64,000 nt of DNA. Source: Heptranchias perlo. Lineage: Eukaryota. The DNA is taken from assembly GCF_035084215.1 (NCBI RefSeq), contig NC_090339.1, forward strand, positions 14,818,001 through 14,882,000. Reading direction: 5' to 3'. The notes beneath the pieces are model-generated. The model ran no database searches. It worked only from the letters and a program-made list of their open reading frames with translations, and had not been told where the DNA came from. How positions within the stretch are numbered: position 1 is the stretch's first letter; every line of letters begins with the position of its first letter. The position numbers and the translations under genes were made by a program. Positions 63,736 through 64,000 of the stretch are shown one piece after another.

Positions 63736-63813
63736 CTCTGGAACTCCTAATTTTCTGCAAGCCTCGAGAAAACTTTCAACATTCCTTCTGCACTTTGCCA
63801 TACTCAGTTTAGG
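63736..63813 (-). CDS. LRCH2: LRCH2 penultimate coding exon (calponin-homology domain)
   Basis: PKLSMAKCRRNVESFLEACRKLGVPE; ttctccag acceptor, GAG|gtaata donor; 78 nt, phase 0, joins the exon starting at 58492 in frame. Confidence 0.93.
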
Positions 63814-64000
63814 CTGGAGAATAAAGAAAATTAGGTCATCATAATATGTTTTTTTTCTACAAAAAAGCATACAAGGCTGCATAAACAAACCCATTAAAAT
63901 ATCTGGTATACATTACATGACTGATAAACCATAAAAAGACATTTAAATTTCACTGATGATAAAATTATGAGAAGTTCCACTCCTGGCACATTGCCAGCCT

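Overview
Vertebrate genomic DNA, most likely from a cartilaginous fish (inferred from the CR1, L2, Penelope, Deu-SINE and Harbinger repeat mix). Two host genes lie on the minus strand. The first is IL13RA2, the IL-13 decoy receptor: seven coding exons at 892-20048, phase-consistent and with a WSDWS motif; the transmembrane exon lies outside the window. The second is the 3' end of LRCH2 (exons 63736-63813 and 58373-58492), in the same order and orientation as on human Xq. Much of the rest is transposon-derived: nested CR1 LINEs (one with a near-intact ORF2), L2, RTE and L1 fragments, SINEs, a two-gene Harbinger with related MITEs, and Penelope-like elements (PLEs). The most interesting signal is a PLE family present at two scales. 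One copy is a 2.5-kb inverted-arm insertion with a 13-bp target-site duplication (TSD) and minimal hammerhead ribozymes. The other is a 138-bp hairpin copy with its own TSD, whose fold-back axis maps a few nt from the predicted ribozyme cleavage site. Also present are an unexplained perfect 47-bp-arm palindrome, an 18S rRNA fragment and an orphan 3'UTR-like block. All calls come from reading the sequence by eye; repeat boundaries are approximate unless a TSD is given.
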